Positions 1 to 13,798 of a DNA stretch of 64,000 nucleotides are shown one piece after another. Position numbers and translations under genes: made by a program. This stretch comes from Pavona decussata. Taxonomy: Eukaryota. Positions within the stretch are counted from its first letter, which is position 1; every line of letters starts with the position of its first letter. The DNA is taken from assembly GCA_977016875.1 (NCBI GenBank), contig CDRNST010000330.1:248001-312000 (forward strand). The letters are read 5' to 3'. The notes under the pieces were generated by a model that worked only from the letters and a program-made list of their open reading frames with translations, did not search any database and was not told where the DNA came from.

Positions 1-411
1 AAATCGCTTTATATCGCAATATGTTCTACACTAATCAAGGAGGTACACACCTGCAAATTTTCTCTTCCGTACGTTCTTCGCGTTCGAGCAGTAGATTGCT
101 ATAAGCACCCACCACAGTATGACAGGTACAGCTTTCATATCCCCAAACTTGATCGCAGACTGCAACGGATAGGAAATTTCAGTAAATTAGTCGGCTGGGG
201 GATCACCCAAACTACTTCCAATGGACTAATTGCGTCATATCTTCAACCTTCCTGGTCATGAGATAGGGTGGCAGAAAGGGTCCACTCTGACTTAAAGCAT
301 CAGTAGCTTAGAAATGGTCTAAGATTGATCTGGTAAAAGTTTGGCACGGCATGGGGCTAACTACGTGAAATCATGTTCCAATAGTTTTCAAACTTGCTCA
401 CGATTTACTTA

Positions 412-870
412 TTAAATGTTCCTTTTTATATTATTTACGTGTTTCGCTTGGAATAAATAATGTTGGTTGGACAAATCCAGATATCTAAGATCGTGGTTGC
501 AAGTAGGCTCGATTTTTTTCCGCCGCTCTCTCGAGTCCGGTCTTTGTTCCTCCCCAAGAAGAGAAGGAGCGCGGGCTCGTTTCCCGAACAGCGGCTGGAA
601 ATCGGGCCTAGGTTGCAAGGGAAGTTGTTAATAAAGGGAAGTAGCTTTTCACCAGCTATATAAGTTTCACTGCAAGTTGCAATGAACAGCCTTAATGCTC
701 TGGATGCTGCGTAAGAGACTAATAAGAGACTGAAGTCAATTTGGGAGAACTCGCACTTTTTATCGAGTATGCACGTGTATAACTGAGGGATAAAATACAT
801 GGCCCCAGAGAATGTTCAAGTTTGTTCCAATGCCGTGCCTTCAAGAAATTATGTGGCTTATCATATGACG
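412..870 (-). pseudogene. Possible leucine-rich-repeat gene remnant interrupted by a MITE
   Basis: Removing the 504-610 insert and one TSD joins ORF 435..800 (...PFINNFPCN) in frame to ORF 412..618 (HDLRYLDLSNQ...), giving one LxxLxLxxN-like motif. The rest is degenerate. Confidence 0.3.
504..610. mobile_element. Short MITE with TAG...CTA ends and 9-bp TSD (Academ/AcademH-like)
   Basis: Ends TAGGCTCGATTT...AAATCGGGCCTA are inverted repeats. Direct repeat GGTTGCAAG at 495-503 and 611-619. Confidence 0.75.
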
Positions 871-940
871 AAAAACAGGATTATTCAAATTTTAACCGAA
901 GAAAGGGAGGCGGTTCTTCCGTTTGCTAGTCGGAAACCCT

Positions 941-1030
941 ATAATCCGAATTCCCCCAACAGGAGTTGACACTGTGACCTTCCTTTACTAGTCTGGATTC
1001 CCTACCATTGAGCCAGAGGAAACTAAGCCA
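941..1030 (-). repeat. Degenerate tRNA-derived SINE-like fragment
   Basis: Reverse strand reads GGCTCAATGGTAGG (A-box-like) ... GTCAACTCCTGTTGGGG (B-box-like). Confidence 0.3.
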
Positions 1031-1959
1031 TTATATCTGAGGACGTGGTGGACCATTATTGTTTTGAGGAAGGGGATATATAATCCATAGGTCACGAAGT
1101 CACTGTCAATGAAATTCTAAATTAATTCAGCTAAGTCAGCAATAATAGTCAAATTGCCAGCTTTCAAATAAGAGTGTACTTTTGCCAGAATGGCAAGTGA
1201 GAGCCAAGACACATTTCTTCGGTGACTTTGTTCGTGACACTGATCGATAAGTTATTAACAATTCATTCTTTTATTTTGGCTGTTTTTCAATTTCTAAAAC
1301 AGGGCAAAAATTGATCAGATATATCGACCTTCTCAATGTGGTGAGAAAGCGCGACCAAAATTGAAGCCAAATTTGCCAAATATCTTGAGCGACTTGAACC
1401 GAGAAAGCAAAATACTTTCAAGCGGCTTTTGCTCAACCCTAGCTCTTAGGTAGTTCATTAGACAATCAAGGAGTGAATCTGAGCAGGATGACAAATGTTA
1501 AGCAATTTTATTTTAAAGCGCAGGTACTAGATTTATTCTCATCTCAAGAGGATTTAAATTAATGTGCTGATTAAAAGCCACATATTATTGCCAAAATAAC
1601 ACTTCAGGAAGTCTATATTTCAAATATTTAATATGCGACAGATAAATGCTTATAAACATGAGTCAAATATTCGCCTCGTTTAAAAATGTGCCATGTATTA
1701 AGAGAGGAAACAATGTAAGGTTTGAAAGGTTTTGGAATAACTGTTGTAATAGTCTTTATAAGCATTTCATATTTTGTCATCTCCAAAAATTCATTTTTCA
1801 GAAGATTTTAACCCTATTAAGTTCAGGACGGGCTTTTTTTTACATCCCCTAACGTGAAGCGGGAAGTGGGGAAGGGGATGCGGCACGTAGTGACAATTGT
1901 TCAAAGCCGCCATCTTGGATTTCTCGATATGTCGTTAATTTTACTACTTCATTTGGAGC

Positions 1960-3790
1960 GGCAAGGATAAGGTATGCGTACGGCACTAATTAATGATATT
2001 CAACAAGGCAGTCTGAAAATGCTCGATATAGAATGTATGATCAAAGCTCAAAGAGTTATTTGCTTAAAGAAGTACATTGACGACTATTTTTTATTTTATT
2101 TTATTTTATTTATTCACCACGGCATACAATCATAGAAAGTTACAGTGAATAATAGACTAGGATGTTACATAAGTTTAGAGTGAATAATAATAGTAAAAGA
2201 AGAAGTAAAAAGTGGCGAGGAGACCTCAAGAAACCCCCTGGCTTATACTGAGAGGTCTCCTGAGGAATATGTTAGGACTGTAAGACTAGTAAAGACATTG
2301 TATTTAGATTTTTTAACATACGGTGGTAAGACTATAGACTAAGACATAACAGAGTCGGACGTTTCATACCATTAAGTGAGGAAATCAAGAAGCTTTCTTT
2401 TGAAGGTGGATAGACTAGGGGAAGACGTAATGGACGTTTTTCTTGGACCATTATTTGGGGAAAATAGGAAGCAGGTTTGTTCTGAAGTGTCAGTTTAACA
2501 CGCATAAGTTACCAGTCGCTCTTCCTGTGTTTTATAGCGAATGTCTTGATGCATGGTCCTTTCTCGTAAAGAGGAATGTTGTTACTTATGAGGATGTAAT
2601 GAACCAAGTAATTTGGACTCAATAATAAGAATATACTTAGCCAAGGAAAATCCATGTATCAACTAGGTGATTTGGTATCAAAGGATCGTATTTTCCTTAA
2701 AAGCGAGAAAGTTATTAGAGCTCGGCTGTCGCCAAGTCAATTGTTTTCGTTGATGGGTATTGTCAATGCTATACCAGGTGAATGGCGGTCTATCATCAAA
2801 GAAAATACGTTCACAGACCCGCACCCTTTCAGTGAAAACACTTTCCTTTTACCTGTAAAGGGAGAGATAGTAGATCTTCTAAGCACATCCTCCAAAACTC
2901 TTTATAAGGAATTCTGCTCACACAAAGCTACCACACCTACTGCTCAAGCCAGACTAAATACTGAATACCTACATCTTTCAGTTGAATGGAAGAAAATTTA
3001 TTCTTTACCTTTTAATGCTACTCTAGACACAAAGTTATGGTTTTTTTTTAATATAAATTGTTTGCGTTTAAAATTGTGGACTCTTCCCTTTGCACCTTCT
3101 GTAAAAAAGAAGAAGAATCCCTCAAGCACCTACTGTTTTACTGCAAAATTGTTGATTTATTTTGGTAAGAGGTTCTATTATGGATAACTATTTATAAAGA
3201 TGAAGTAGCGGAAATCTCCCTCATTGACGTGCCTCTTGCAATCGGTAAATTTGATATCGATAAAGATTTCAAAGCAATTAATCATATATTACTATTGCCG
3301 AACATTTAATATTTACAGGTGTTGGATAAAATCCATCCATCCATGGATGTTGTTATAGGTAAAGTAGCAACTACTTACAATTTAGAACTTTTTATAGCAG
3401 ACAAAAACGACGCTCTCTTAAAACATTATTACTATCCTTTCTTGGGCCTCTTTCCCATGACTTGTATGAGCAAATATCCATGAATTTGAATTTATATTTA
3501 TAAACATTTACTTTGGTCTCTGTTAAAGGGCAGTTCATACGGCCCTTTTTCCAGTTGTGCTTAATTTTGTAGTTTGCGTTGTCTTATCCATCGTAAAAGT
3601 AAATTTGTATTAATTAAAAAATTACATATGGTACTGATTAACTTTTTTTGTGATAATTATTGGCAGTTCTTTGAAGGATAAGACCAGTGTTGTATTTTGC
3701 CTTGTGTGTGTGTGGGTGTGTGTGTGTACACAAAACTATGAAATGTGAAGTATTGTAAAGTAAGTAATTATATCTCGATAAAAAAATTTG
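1960..3790 (+). mobile_element. 5'-truncated, decayed Tx1/L1-clade LINE (post-RT region, zf-RVT knuckle, 3' UTR)
   Basis: Fragments read INDIQQGSLKMLDIECMIKAQR, LPVFYSECLDAW, WKKIYSLPFNATLDTKL and CTFCKKEEESLKHLLFYC (CCHC), with frameshifts. Confidence 0.8.
2086..2431 (-). mobile_element. 3' end of a CR1/L2-type LINE inserted antisense into the Tx1 LINE
   Basis: (TAAAA)n tail at 2086-2113, stem-loop GGAGACCTC...GAGGTCTCC, and reverse translation ITSSPSLSTFKRKLLDFLT*. The Tx1 frame resumes after 2431. Confidence 0.7.
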
Positions 3791-6129
3791 TCCTTAATCA
3801 CAAAAAGTCGACCCGAATTGTTCTAAAATTGTCCAAAACAATCGGTAAGAGTCAAAATAATGTAACATATAAAGGTTTAACAGAACTAAAATTAAACTTC
3901 GTTGTTTGTGCCAATCGAAATGTTTCCCAATCTTGTTTCCATAGAAACATCAAGTCACGTGCGCCATCTTTTTTATATTAAAACAGTTATGAATATTCAA
4001 TGACGTTACAAATTGTTGTTTTCATAATAATGCAATACTCCTACTTTCTAAATCTGTGCAGTTGTAGTCAGATGCATCAACACTACTTTCTCAAGATAAA
4101 AACAATTAAAAATATATCTTTTTCGTTCTAAATAGTTATAACTTTCCTCTCTTTACATGGTATTCTGTTAGTATTTTCTGACCTTGAGTTTATGTTTTTT
4201 GCCTTTCTATAGGGCTTATTATTGTGAACAACTTTAGACTCTTATGCCTTAAAGCAAAAAAACAGCTACTAAGAACAAGACGTTAAAATGGTATTTTCTG
4301 CTCAGAAAGAACATTCATTACAGTACGAAACAGCCTATCATAAAAAAAAATGCTCTTTTTAAAAGAGATACCAAGAAAAGGGTTTCAGCCCTGTAGGCGA
4401 TAATTTATTAAATTACCTGTAGATAATTTATTTGACGCAGGAATAATGGAGGTCCATCATTTAAACGTCTTAAAATTCGCTATTTAACTTGGGAACACTG
4501 AACAATGGAAGTATACGAATTATCTTTGTATTCAGACAAGGCAGAATGCGGACATCAACCAAAACAGATTAAAGGAAAAAAGGGGATTAAATTATAGAAC
4601 AATCTAATGTAATCTAAATAATGGAATAAAACGCAACATAAAGAATTTTTTTTTAATTTTTGCTAGGTCAAAATTTTGTCTGATTTGGGATCACTCCAAC
4701 TATTGAGTGAGAAAACGAGGCTCACACGAGCCTCAGTTACTTACAACTTACACGGAAGAGTCCGCAGGCGAGGGAGCGACCAACGCGTGCGCTAGCTCAC
4801 AGCTGGATTGCCTTCAATGACGGAGCGAACAAGTTACGCGCACGAACACGAATTAAGAAGAACTGGAGATTTTTTTGAATGAAAAATATAAAATATATAA
4901 TTTACTTCAATTGCAACTTCATTCGATACGATAGAGTAACAACTCTCTAACGCAACTGAAATGCTGACTCAAAGACAACATAATTCTAGCCTTCCTAACT
5001 AATCATAAACCTCTTCTGAATAAAACAGTACAGCACGTAAGAGTAATTTATGGCACTGTTGACCACTTCGGTATAAATTGAAAGCTACACATCTTGCGAA
5101 GGATAAGATATCGTCATTCTGACCCTCAGCGCAGTTTAAATTTATTACGTTCTAGAGAACTTACCTCAAATCAAGTTGATCCTTCGATCTCCCCAAAGAC
5201 AATGTCCTTAAAGTAAAGAAGCACAAAGGTTTAAAAGAACAGGGTGTGGACAATGCTGACATGTCGCTTTGCTATTGGTTGGTGATGATTTCATAGGGTG
5301 GGGGCTGTTTGACACGACAGCTTGACATGCAGATCTGCCATTGGATGCCGATGACCTCATTTATCGACTATCGACGAGCAATTGGTCATTTGGAGGATTA
5401 ACAGTTTCAAGTTTCCATAACAGGAAAACAAGCTAAGATTGGCACGCCACGTGTTTTAAACCCCTTGGAAAAGAGTCAAGGGTAAGGACACTCTCAGCCC
5501 CAGCCCCTTTGGCGTTTGGTACAAAGAAAAATATCTCTAGTAAGACGCGCACTTGTGCTTCTTAAAATGTAGAACAAGAAGTGGTTTTGAAAATAGCAAT
5601 CGCCAAAGTCATACCAAACCATAGCTCATCTCTTGGTAATAAAATAATACGCTTATGCTGAATTCATTTTAAAATAATCGCGTTTGGACTTATTTCTCCA
5701 CTTGACATGCCGACGACTTTCACTTTTCTAAAATATGGACGGATTTGGGCGGATGAGATCTTCAGCAAAACGAGTGTCGTTTAGAGTGTGCAGATCGCGG
5801 ATTCCCAAACAAGATTCTATGGCTATGATTCAACCACAATAATTCGCCTGTGGTGCAGTTTTTCCATGATGAAAGGAAATTCAAAGATCTTCTTTTTTCT
5901 TTAATATATGCTTATATTTCTGGTATACAGTACTTATGAATAATTTTCTGGGTGAATTCCAATCCCGTCACGGACAGTATTTTTAATTAAAAAAAAAGAT
6001 AGCTAATGCTATGAAAGCTTAGAAAATACCATGACGCGCGTTATTGGCCTCTAAAGTTTTCCATCTATGAAAGTTGCTCAGTTCCAAGGCTTTTCGTGAC
6101 GTCCATATAACTTCATAAGCAACACAGTT

Positions 6130-8760
6130 TTGTAAAGGCAAATTAAAATACAATGACGTGCTAGTTGAAATAATCTCAGCTCTACAATAAGCTGTTGTGA
6201 AGCACATCTTTTGCGACATGGCACACAGACTTGTGAAATACAATGAAAGATAACTTTAACTATCTTATTTGTATGGTTTCTTTTCGTTTTTAAAACCATT
6301 CTTTCTTTTATCAGTGAATAACAACGGCCATATGCAGGAAAAATTCAATAGGCCTTATCACGGTTTTCGACGCCATTGTGACGAGTAGGCAAACAGGCTT
6401 GAAATAAATTAAGATACAATGTCGTGCTAGTTGAAATAATTTCAGCTCTACAATTAGCTGTTGTGACCCACATCTTTTGCGACATGGCACACGGACTTGT
6501 GAAATACAATAAAAGATAACTTTAACTATCTTATTTGTATGGTTAATTTTCGTTTTTAAAACCATTCTTTCTTTTATCGGTGAATAACAATTGTCATATG
6601 CATGAAAAATTCAATAGGCCTTATCACCGTTTTCGACGCCATTTTGACGAGTAGGCAAACAGGCTTGAAATAAATTAAAAAACAATGTCGTGAACCACAT
6701 CTTTTGCGACATGGCACACAGACTTGTGAAATACAATAAAAGATAACTTTAACTATCTTATTTGAATGGTTAATTTTCGTTTTTAAAACCATTCTTTCTC
6801 TTATCAGTGAATAACAACTGTCATATGCAGGAGAAATTAAATAGACCTTATCACGGTTTTCGACGCCATTGTGACGAGTAGGCAAACAGGCTTGAAATAA
6901 ATTAAAATACAATGTCGTGCTAGTTGAAATAATCTCAGCTCTACAATTAGCTGTTGTGAACCACATTTTTTACGACATGGCACACAGACTTGTGAAATAA
7001 AATGAAAGATAACTTTAACTATTTTATTTGTATGGTTTCTTTTCGTTTTTAAAACCATTCTTTCTTTTATCGGTGAATAACAACTGTCATATGCATAGGC
7101 CTTATCACGGTTTTCGACGCCATTTTGACGAGTAGGCAAACAGGCTTGAAATAAATTAAAATACAATGTCGTGTACCACATCTTTTGCGAAATGGCACAC
7201 AGACTTGTGAAATACAATAAAAGATAACTTTAACTATCTTATTTGTATGGTTTCTTTTCGTTTTTAAAACCATTCTTTCTTTTATCGGTGAATAACATTT
7301 GTCATATGCATGAAAAATTCAATAGGCCTTATCACGGTTTTCGACGCCATTTTGACGAGTAGGCAAAAAGGCTTGAAATAAATTAAAATACAATGTCGTG
7401 AACCACATCTTTTGCGACATGGCACGAAGACTTGTGAAATACAATAAAAGATAACTTTAACTATCTTATTTGTATGGTTTCTTTTCGTTTTTAAAACCAT
7501 TCTTTCTTTTATCGGTGAATAACAACTGTCATATGCAGGAGAAATTAAATAGACCTTATCACGGTTTTCGACGCCATTTTGACGAGTAGGCAAACAGGCT
7601 TGAAATAAATTAAAATACAATGTCGTGCTAGTTGAAATAATCTCAGCTCTACAATTAGCTGTTGTGAACCACATCTTTTACGACAAGGCACACTGACTTG
7701 TGAAATACAATAAAAGATAACTTTAACTATCTTATTTGTATGGTTTCTTTTCGTTTTTAAAACCATTCTTTCTTTTATCGGTGAATAACAACTGTCGTAT
7801 GCATAGGCCTTATCACGGTTTTGGACGCCATTTTGACGAGTAGTTAAAGAGGCTTGAAATAAATTAAAATACAATGTCGTGCTAGTTGAAATAATCTCAG
7901 CTCTACAATTAGCTGTTGTGAACCACATCTTTTGCGACATGGCACACAGACTTGGGAAATACAATGAAAGATAACTTTAACTATTTTATTTGTATGGGTT
8001 CTTTTCGTTTTTAAAACCATTCTTTCTTTTATCGGTGAATAACAACTGTTATATGCATAGGCCTTATCACGGTTTTCGACGCCATTGTGACGAGTAGGCA
8101 AACAGGCTTGAAATAAATTAAAAAACAATGTCGTGAACCACATCTTTTGCGACATGGCACACAGACTTGTGAAATACAGTAAAAGATAACTTTAACTATT
8201 TTATTTGTATGGTTTCTTTTCGTTTTTAAAACCATTCTTTCTTTTATCGGTGAATAACAACTGTCATATCCATAGGCCTTATCACGGTTTTCGACGCCAT
8301 TGTGACGAGTAGGCAAACAGGCTTGAAATAAATTAAAATACAATGTCGTGCTAGTTGAAATAATCTCAGCTCTACAATTAGCTGTTGTGAACCACATCTT
8401 TTGCGACATGGCACACAGACTTGTGAAAAACAATGAAAGATAACCTTAACTATTTTATTTGTATGGTTTCTTTTCGTTTTTAAAACCATTCTTTCTTTTA
8501 TCGGTGAATAACAATTGTCATATGCATGAAAAATTCAATAGGCCCTATCACGGATTTCGACGCCATTTTGACGAGTAGGCAAACAGGCTTGAAATAAATT
8601 AAAATACAATGTCGTGAACCACATCTTTTGCGACATGGCACACAGACTTGTGAAATACAATAAAAGATAACTTTAACTATCTTATTTGTATGGTTTCTTT
8701 TCGTTTTTAAAACCGTTCTTTCCTTTATCGGTGTATAACAACTGTCGTATGCAGAAAAAA
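6130..8760. repeat. Satellite array A, about 10.5 units of 215/227/254/266 bp
   Basis: Marker AAAACCATTC recurs with CAT ending at 6299, 6565, 6792, 7058, 7273, 7500, 7766, 8020, 8235, 8489 and 8716. Confidence 0.95.
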
Positions 8761-9929
8761 TTCAATTTATTCCGCCAACGCTTCTGGAGAACACGTTTAC
8801 CGAAAACACAAACTCCTTCATGAGAAGTATAACCAATTATATTTTTCTGGAGCAACAGGACTCAGTTTCTAATGTAAGAAGTGCTACACCATCAATTGTC
8901 AAAAATCAAACTAATAGTTTCTACCTTTATAATAACTATTTTCTCAAACACCAACTACTGCGCACATCTTTTTTGTTTACCATTAGCCATTGTTCACAGA
9001 GGGCTGACTCGAACGCCATTTTACTGACGTGCTGAAACGAATTGATTAGTAAGGTTGGAGTGCGGATCGATTTGTTTTGTAATTGTTCTGCTCCGACAGA
9101 GTCTGCCGCATTTTGCGACACTTAGTTAAGCAGCGGTGGACACTCCGGTGTAGATACTGCTTCGCTTAACTACCCACACAAAAGACAAGCGTCTCGATCA
9201 GTCTAATTCGGCAGATTAAGTTTTGCAGCCCATGTACTCTATGTGTGAATTAAAACAGACGTTTTGGTGTAATAAAAAATGTGCTCTGATAGCTTGCAAT
9301 TTCAAATTCTGTATGTTTATCAGTGTCATAAATCTCTGAGAAATATGTTTTATTCCTGATGCACTTTTGCTTGTCTACAGATCTCCTTGCTTACTATAAT
9401 AAATACGTTTTGGTGCATAGTCGCGTCGCATATTCTTACTCCTCAGTTCTAATATACTTAATCAATGCTGTGCCAAACCTTTTTAATCTTAAATTTATAA
9501 TTTTCAACCGATATAGGGTGGCACGATGACCGGGTAACAGTTACATTGCATTGGTTTATCTTCCTAATAATAGTCTGTTAACTACTGAGAAGTTTCCACA
9601 CAAGCCACGAGTTGAGTGGGAGGTGCGCGAGAGAAAGAAGAGCCATCACGCGTGCCGGAATTGTCCAGTTTTGACGCTTCCCTCTGTTAAAACTTGCTGC
9701 ATGATTTCTCACAAATTGGTCACATGAGTGAACCAGATTAAAACTGTCGAAACCAGGATAATCCAGAAGCTCTCTTTCTCTATGGTAAATAAGTGGAACG
9801 GAGTCTTGATGGGTCCCCTTTCGCCGCTGTTTGTCACTGCAGACCATTTGAAGCTTAAATATGACTGACCAAACAAACTGATTCACGCTCATCTCCGTTA
9901 CAAACATTAATAATCAACTCGTTGCGGCA

Positions 9930-11751
9930 CGTAAATGAAATGGCGTATGAATGAGGAGGGAACTTTAACCAAAGGGAAGCGGCAAATGAGAACGTGTCTA
10001 GCAGTTGGTGCTTGATAAAATAATTATTATTAATATAGTAAAACCTCGTTTCCCTTTTCATCATTCATTATAAAGAATTTCTCACCTTAAAACTATGTCC
10101 TGACTCTCCGCAAATAATTGATTATATTTCTCATGTAACATTTTCTGTTTTTAGTAACACTGTTGCCCTGAAGTATTGGCGCATTAAATTAGATAATTGT
10201 TATTTTAAAAAGCACTTGAAATACGAGAATGATGGCCGAAACTATATTAAAGCGAAAATGAGAAAGTGTATAGCATGTGGTGCTTGATAAAAAAATAAAA
10301 CCTCGTTTGCCTTTTCATCAGTTCATTATAAAGAATTTCTCACCTTGAACCTAAGTCCTGATTCTCCGCAAATAATGGATTATATTTCTCATGTAGAAGT
10401 TTCTGTTTTCAGTAAAACTGTTGCCCTGATCATGACGCATTTGCGCATTAAGGTTACCCTATACGTTTAGAGGTGTCTCGCGTCCAAGCGATGCAGCGCG
10501 TCCGGTTTAAACTGTAGAAACCTGAACCTTACATCAAATTAAAGCTTATAGAGCTGGCTATCAAACTATACTAAGAATTTTATGATAAAATGAATTGTCG
10601 AATTTGTCAAGACCTCTAAATGTGAGCGTCCGAATCACTTTTTGAAAGCTACAAGTCAAAGCGAATTTTATTTCTTGCTAATTTAATTTGCTCCTCAGTT
10701 TCCGGACCCAAAGCGCTATCAAAACGTGTCTGCGTTTTGCCATATTGAATCGCAGTGAAAAGTTACAGAACATTTTCGTAATAGGATCAAAACAATGCAG
10801 AGTGATCGGACAAAAATCGCTCTCGGAAAAAAAAATTTCGAACGAAAAAAATTCGCAGACACGTTTTTGTTATTTATGTGTTAAGCTAGCTACTGTCCAA
10901 ATTTGAAGGCAAACAAACAAATTCCCTTTGTGTTTTAGCTCTTTAAAGTGTTTCCTCCAAGCACAAAAATTGATTTGAGAAAACAGTGAAACAGTGCTAA
11001 AATTCGGCAATTCATTTTATTTCAAAATTTTTGGTATAGTTTGATGGCCAGCTCTATAAGCTTTAATTTGATATATGGGTTTAGGTATGTACAGTTTAAA
11101 CCGGACGCGCTACATCGCTTGGACGTGCGACACCTCTGAAGGTATAAGGTAACCTTAAATTAGAGAATTATTATTTTATAAAGCAAAAATGAAATGGCAT
11201 ACGAATGAGGAGGCCACTTTAACCAAAGGGTAGCGGGAAATGAGAACGTGTGCAGCAGGTGGTGCTCGATAAAATAATTATTTAAAAAAATAAAACATCG
11301 TTGCGCATTTCATTATTCATTATAAAGAATTCCTTACCTTGAAACAATATCCTGACTCTCCGCAAATGACTGATAATATTTTTCATGTAAAAGTTTCTGT
11401 TTTCAGTAAAACTGTTGCCCTGAAGTATTGGTGCATTAAATTAGATAATTATTATTTTAAAAAGCAAAAATGAAATGGCATATGAATGAGGAGGCAACTT
11501 TAACCAAAGGGCAGCTGCAAATGGGAACCTGTGTACCAGGTGCTGCTTGATAAAATAATTATTATTAAAATAGTAAAACCTCGTTTGCCTTTTCATTATT
11601 CATTATAAAGAATTTCTCAACTTGAAACTATGTCCTGACTCTCCGGAAGTAATTGATTATATTTTTCATGTAGAAGTTTCTGTTTTCAGTAAAACTGCTG
11701 CCCTGAAGTATTGGCGCATTAAATTAGATAGTCGTTATTTTAAAAAGCACT
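9930..11751. repeat. Satellite array B, ~281-bp unit, interrupted by TE insertions
   Basis: GAAATGGC.TA.GAATGAGG at ~9937, 11191 and 11472. CTGTTGCCCTGAAGTATTGGCGCATTAAATTAG recurs. Unit sequence resumes at 13538-13813. Confidence 0.85.
10452..11154. mobile_element. Kolobok-type MITE (TTAA TSD, ~130-bp TIRs)
   Basis: TTAA|GGTTACC...GGTAACC|TTAA. The empty site GCGCATTAAATTAG is seen in sister satellite units. Confidence 0.9.
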
Positions 11752-11755
11752 TTAA

Positions 11756-13532
11756 GGTCATAGCTACCCTTCAGGACCGTCCGCTCGCGGTTCGCTGTAG
11801 CCGTTTGTTGTTTTTATAAAAAAAAACCTATAAACCATATATTTTATAAAAGCTTAATGATTCGAGATTATGGATTTGAACTAACAAAACCAATTTACTT
11901 AAATGTGTTTCGAAATTGGAACGCCTCGTGTAAAAGTACACGTCTCTATAAATCATGTTCCACTCCCGCCGGAAATAAACGGAAGAAAACAATTAACACC
12001 GCATTCGCTTCTCAACACAATACCACTAAAAGACTGTGTGTCAGATTTTTGATATGTGCGTTTGTTTCTCTTTTATTAGCAAATGAAGTTGGGGAAGGCA
12101 ATTAGTCAAGACTCCCTGTGGAAAAAAAATTCTAGTTCAAAATTAAAAGTAGTATTAAAATTCGCAGACACGATTTCGTAGAAGAGATATATGGCATCAC
12201 TCTGGCCAAATTTTAGCCAAATTGATTGAAAGGCTGCCGACTTGGACTTCAAAACGTACGAGTCGATCAGCAAAATTTGCGTTCGGAGATAAAATAGAAA
12301 ATACAATTTTTGGCGGCATCCTACCTGGAATGAGATTATAACACCTAAATGTTTATTCTGATTGATATCAGAGAGGGATCAATTTTCTCTAACAATAGGA
12401 CTTTGAGAGGTAGAAACAAACTTTCGCGGCAAGCAGCGTGAAATAGTTATTTTGCTTCCGGTCGTTCAATTACACCGCGTATAGACACAAGACAAAATTC
12501 GTTGAGGTAAGTGAACGTGCATGTATAGTAATCGTTTAATACACAAACAACATGACGGTTTCCATGTAACAATAAAGATATATTGCGTTTATTTCTTGAA
12601 ATGTTGGCTAGGTTGGTAAAGATACCAAAAACCAGTGCGAAATCAACACGAACGAAAGCGAAGATGCCGAATGTCCACCACCGATTGCTCGCGAAGGCCA
12701 AGAACTGAGGCCCGGTTTATTCCAAACGCTCTGCTCTTCTCGGAAGAATTAAAAACATAATTTGTCTTGTGCGACGGACAGCTTTCATTCTCGCACTGGA
12801 TTCTCCAGGTAGAACCAAGTCCATGCTTAGTCGCTACATTTACCATGACTTGGACTCTTCCATGGCAAAATTGACAAGATACAGACTAGTCCAGTTTCTC
12901 AAGCAGCTTTTCGCTCGATACGATAGCTCGACCGCTTATTGTTTTTCACGTTCCATCAGCAGATGGGGTCGATGAGATTAATTGGCTTTCTTCCTCTGGC
13001 TCTTCAAGCTGGAGTTTGGAGCGGCTTGCACTCTCAGCAACTGGAGCATTTTCACTTTTCTGAATATCCAACTCCTCCAGAGACTTCTCTTGCCCATAAA
13101 ATGAGCCTTTGTCGCTCTCTGCCAATTCTTCGGCCCATTCTTTGTCGAACCCGCTTTCGATTTCTTTTTCGCTCTCGGTTTCGATGACGAAAACGGACAC
13201 GACCTTTTCTTTTTTTGGCGGCATTTTCGTCGAAGCAAACGCTAAATATCTATGGAGAATACTAAAGGCTATAAACAAAATGAAGACCATTCGCACGTGT
13301 TGTGCCGAAGCGCGCATTCGGTATCACGTTACTAGTCCACAGGCAAATTAATTGATATATGACACGGGTATGACAGATCTTATTAAGATAATTAACGAGA
13401 ACAATCTTTTACCCCCGATATCTTTCGACACAAATAATATTTTCTTTTGATTTTTTTTGTAGAAAGAATATCTATTTGAAAACGTTGAAACCTTAAATAT
13501 GGCGGCGATCCGCGCGCGGACGGTCCTGAAGG
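11756..13532 (-). mobile_element. Internally deleted Kolobok element with a transposase N-terminal remnant
   Basis: Starts TTAA|GGTCATAGC. CCTTCAGGACCGTCCGC.CGCGG is inverted at ~13510-13532. Minus-strand remnant CQFCHG...TKHGLGSTWRIQCENESC...FGINRASVLGLR.IGGGH. Confidence 0.7.
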
Positions 13533-13542
13533 TTGGCAGAAT

Positions 13543-13798
13543 AGCGAATTTACGCAACAGGACGGCTGATGTGGTGAGACGGCAAATTTTGCTTGTGTGA
13601 CCAACGTGACGGCCAAGTATTCATGACTCTAGATTGTAACATTCCTACCGCTCGTGGTTTTCAGGTTGTCACAGATGATAGAGCACCAGTTTTAGTTGAA
13701 AATCGCCTAAAAACGTGAAGATACAAAGATGTCATGTTGGTCACACAACGATATTTCACCGTCTCCTTCCCTCAGCCGTCCTGTTGCGTAAGCTCACT
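13543..13798. mobile_element. PIF/Harbinger (PHIS)-type MITE with AAT TSD
   Basis: 27-bp TIR AG(C/T)GA..TTACGCAACAGGACGGCTGA, with AAT on both sides. Confidence 0.85.

Noticed and set aside
4677-5523. Possible solo LTR (TG...CA)
   Set aside because: No TSD, no partner LTR and no PBS/PPT or internal domain are visible.
6019-8489. Many overlapping minus-strand ORFs (MVLKTKRNH...) suggesting a repeat-protein gene or CRISPR-like array
   Set aside because: They are translations of a satellite whose unit lengths are not multiples of 3. There are no unique spacers and no cas genes.
10452-11154. piggyBac assignment for the TTAA-flanked elements
   Set aside because: The termini start with purines (GG, AG, AC), not CC/YY, and the coding members have Kolobok motifs.
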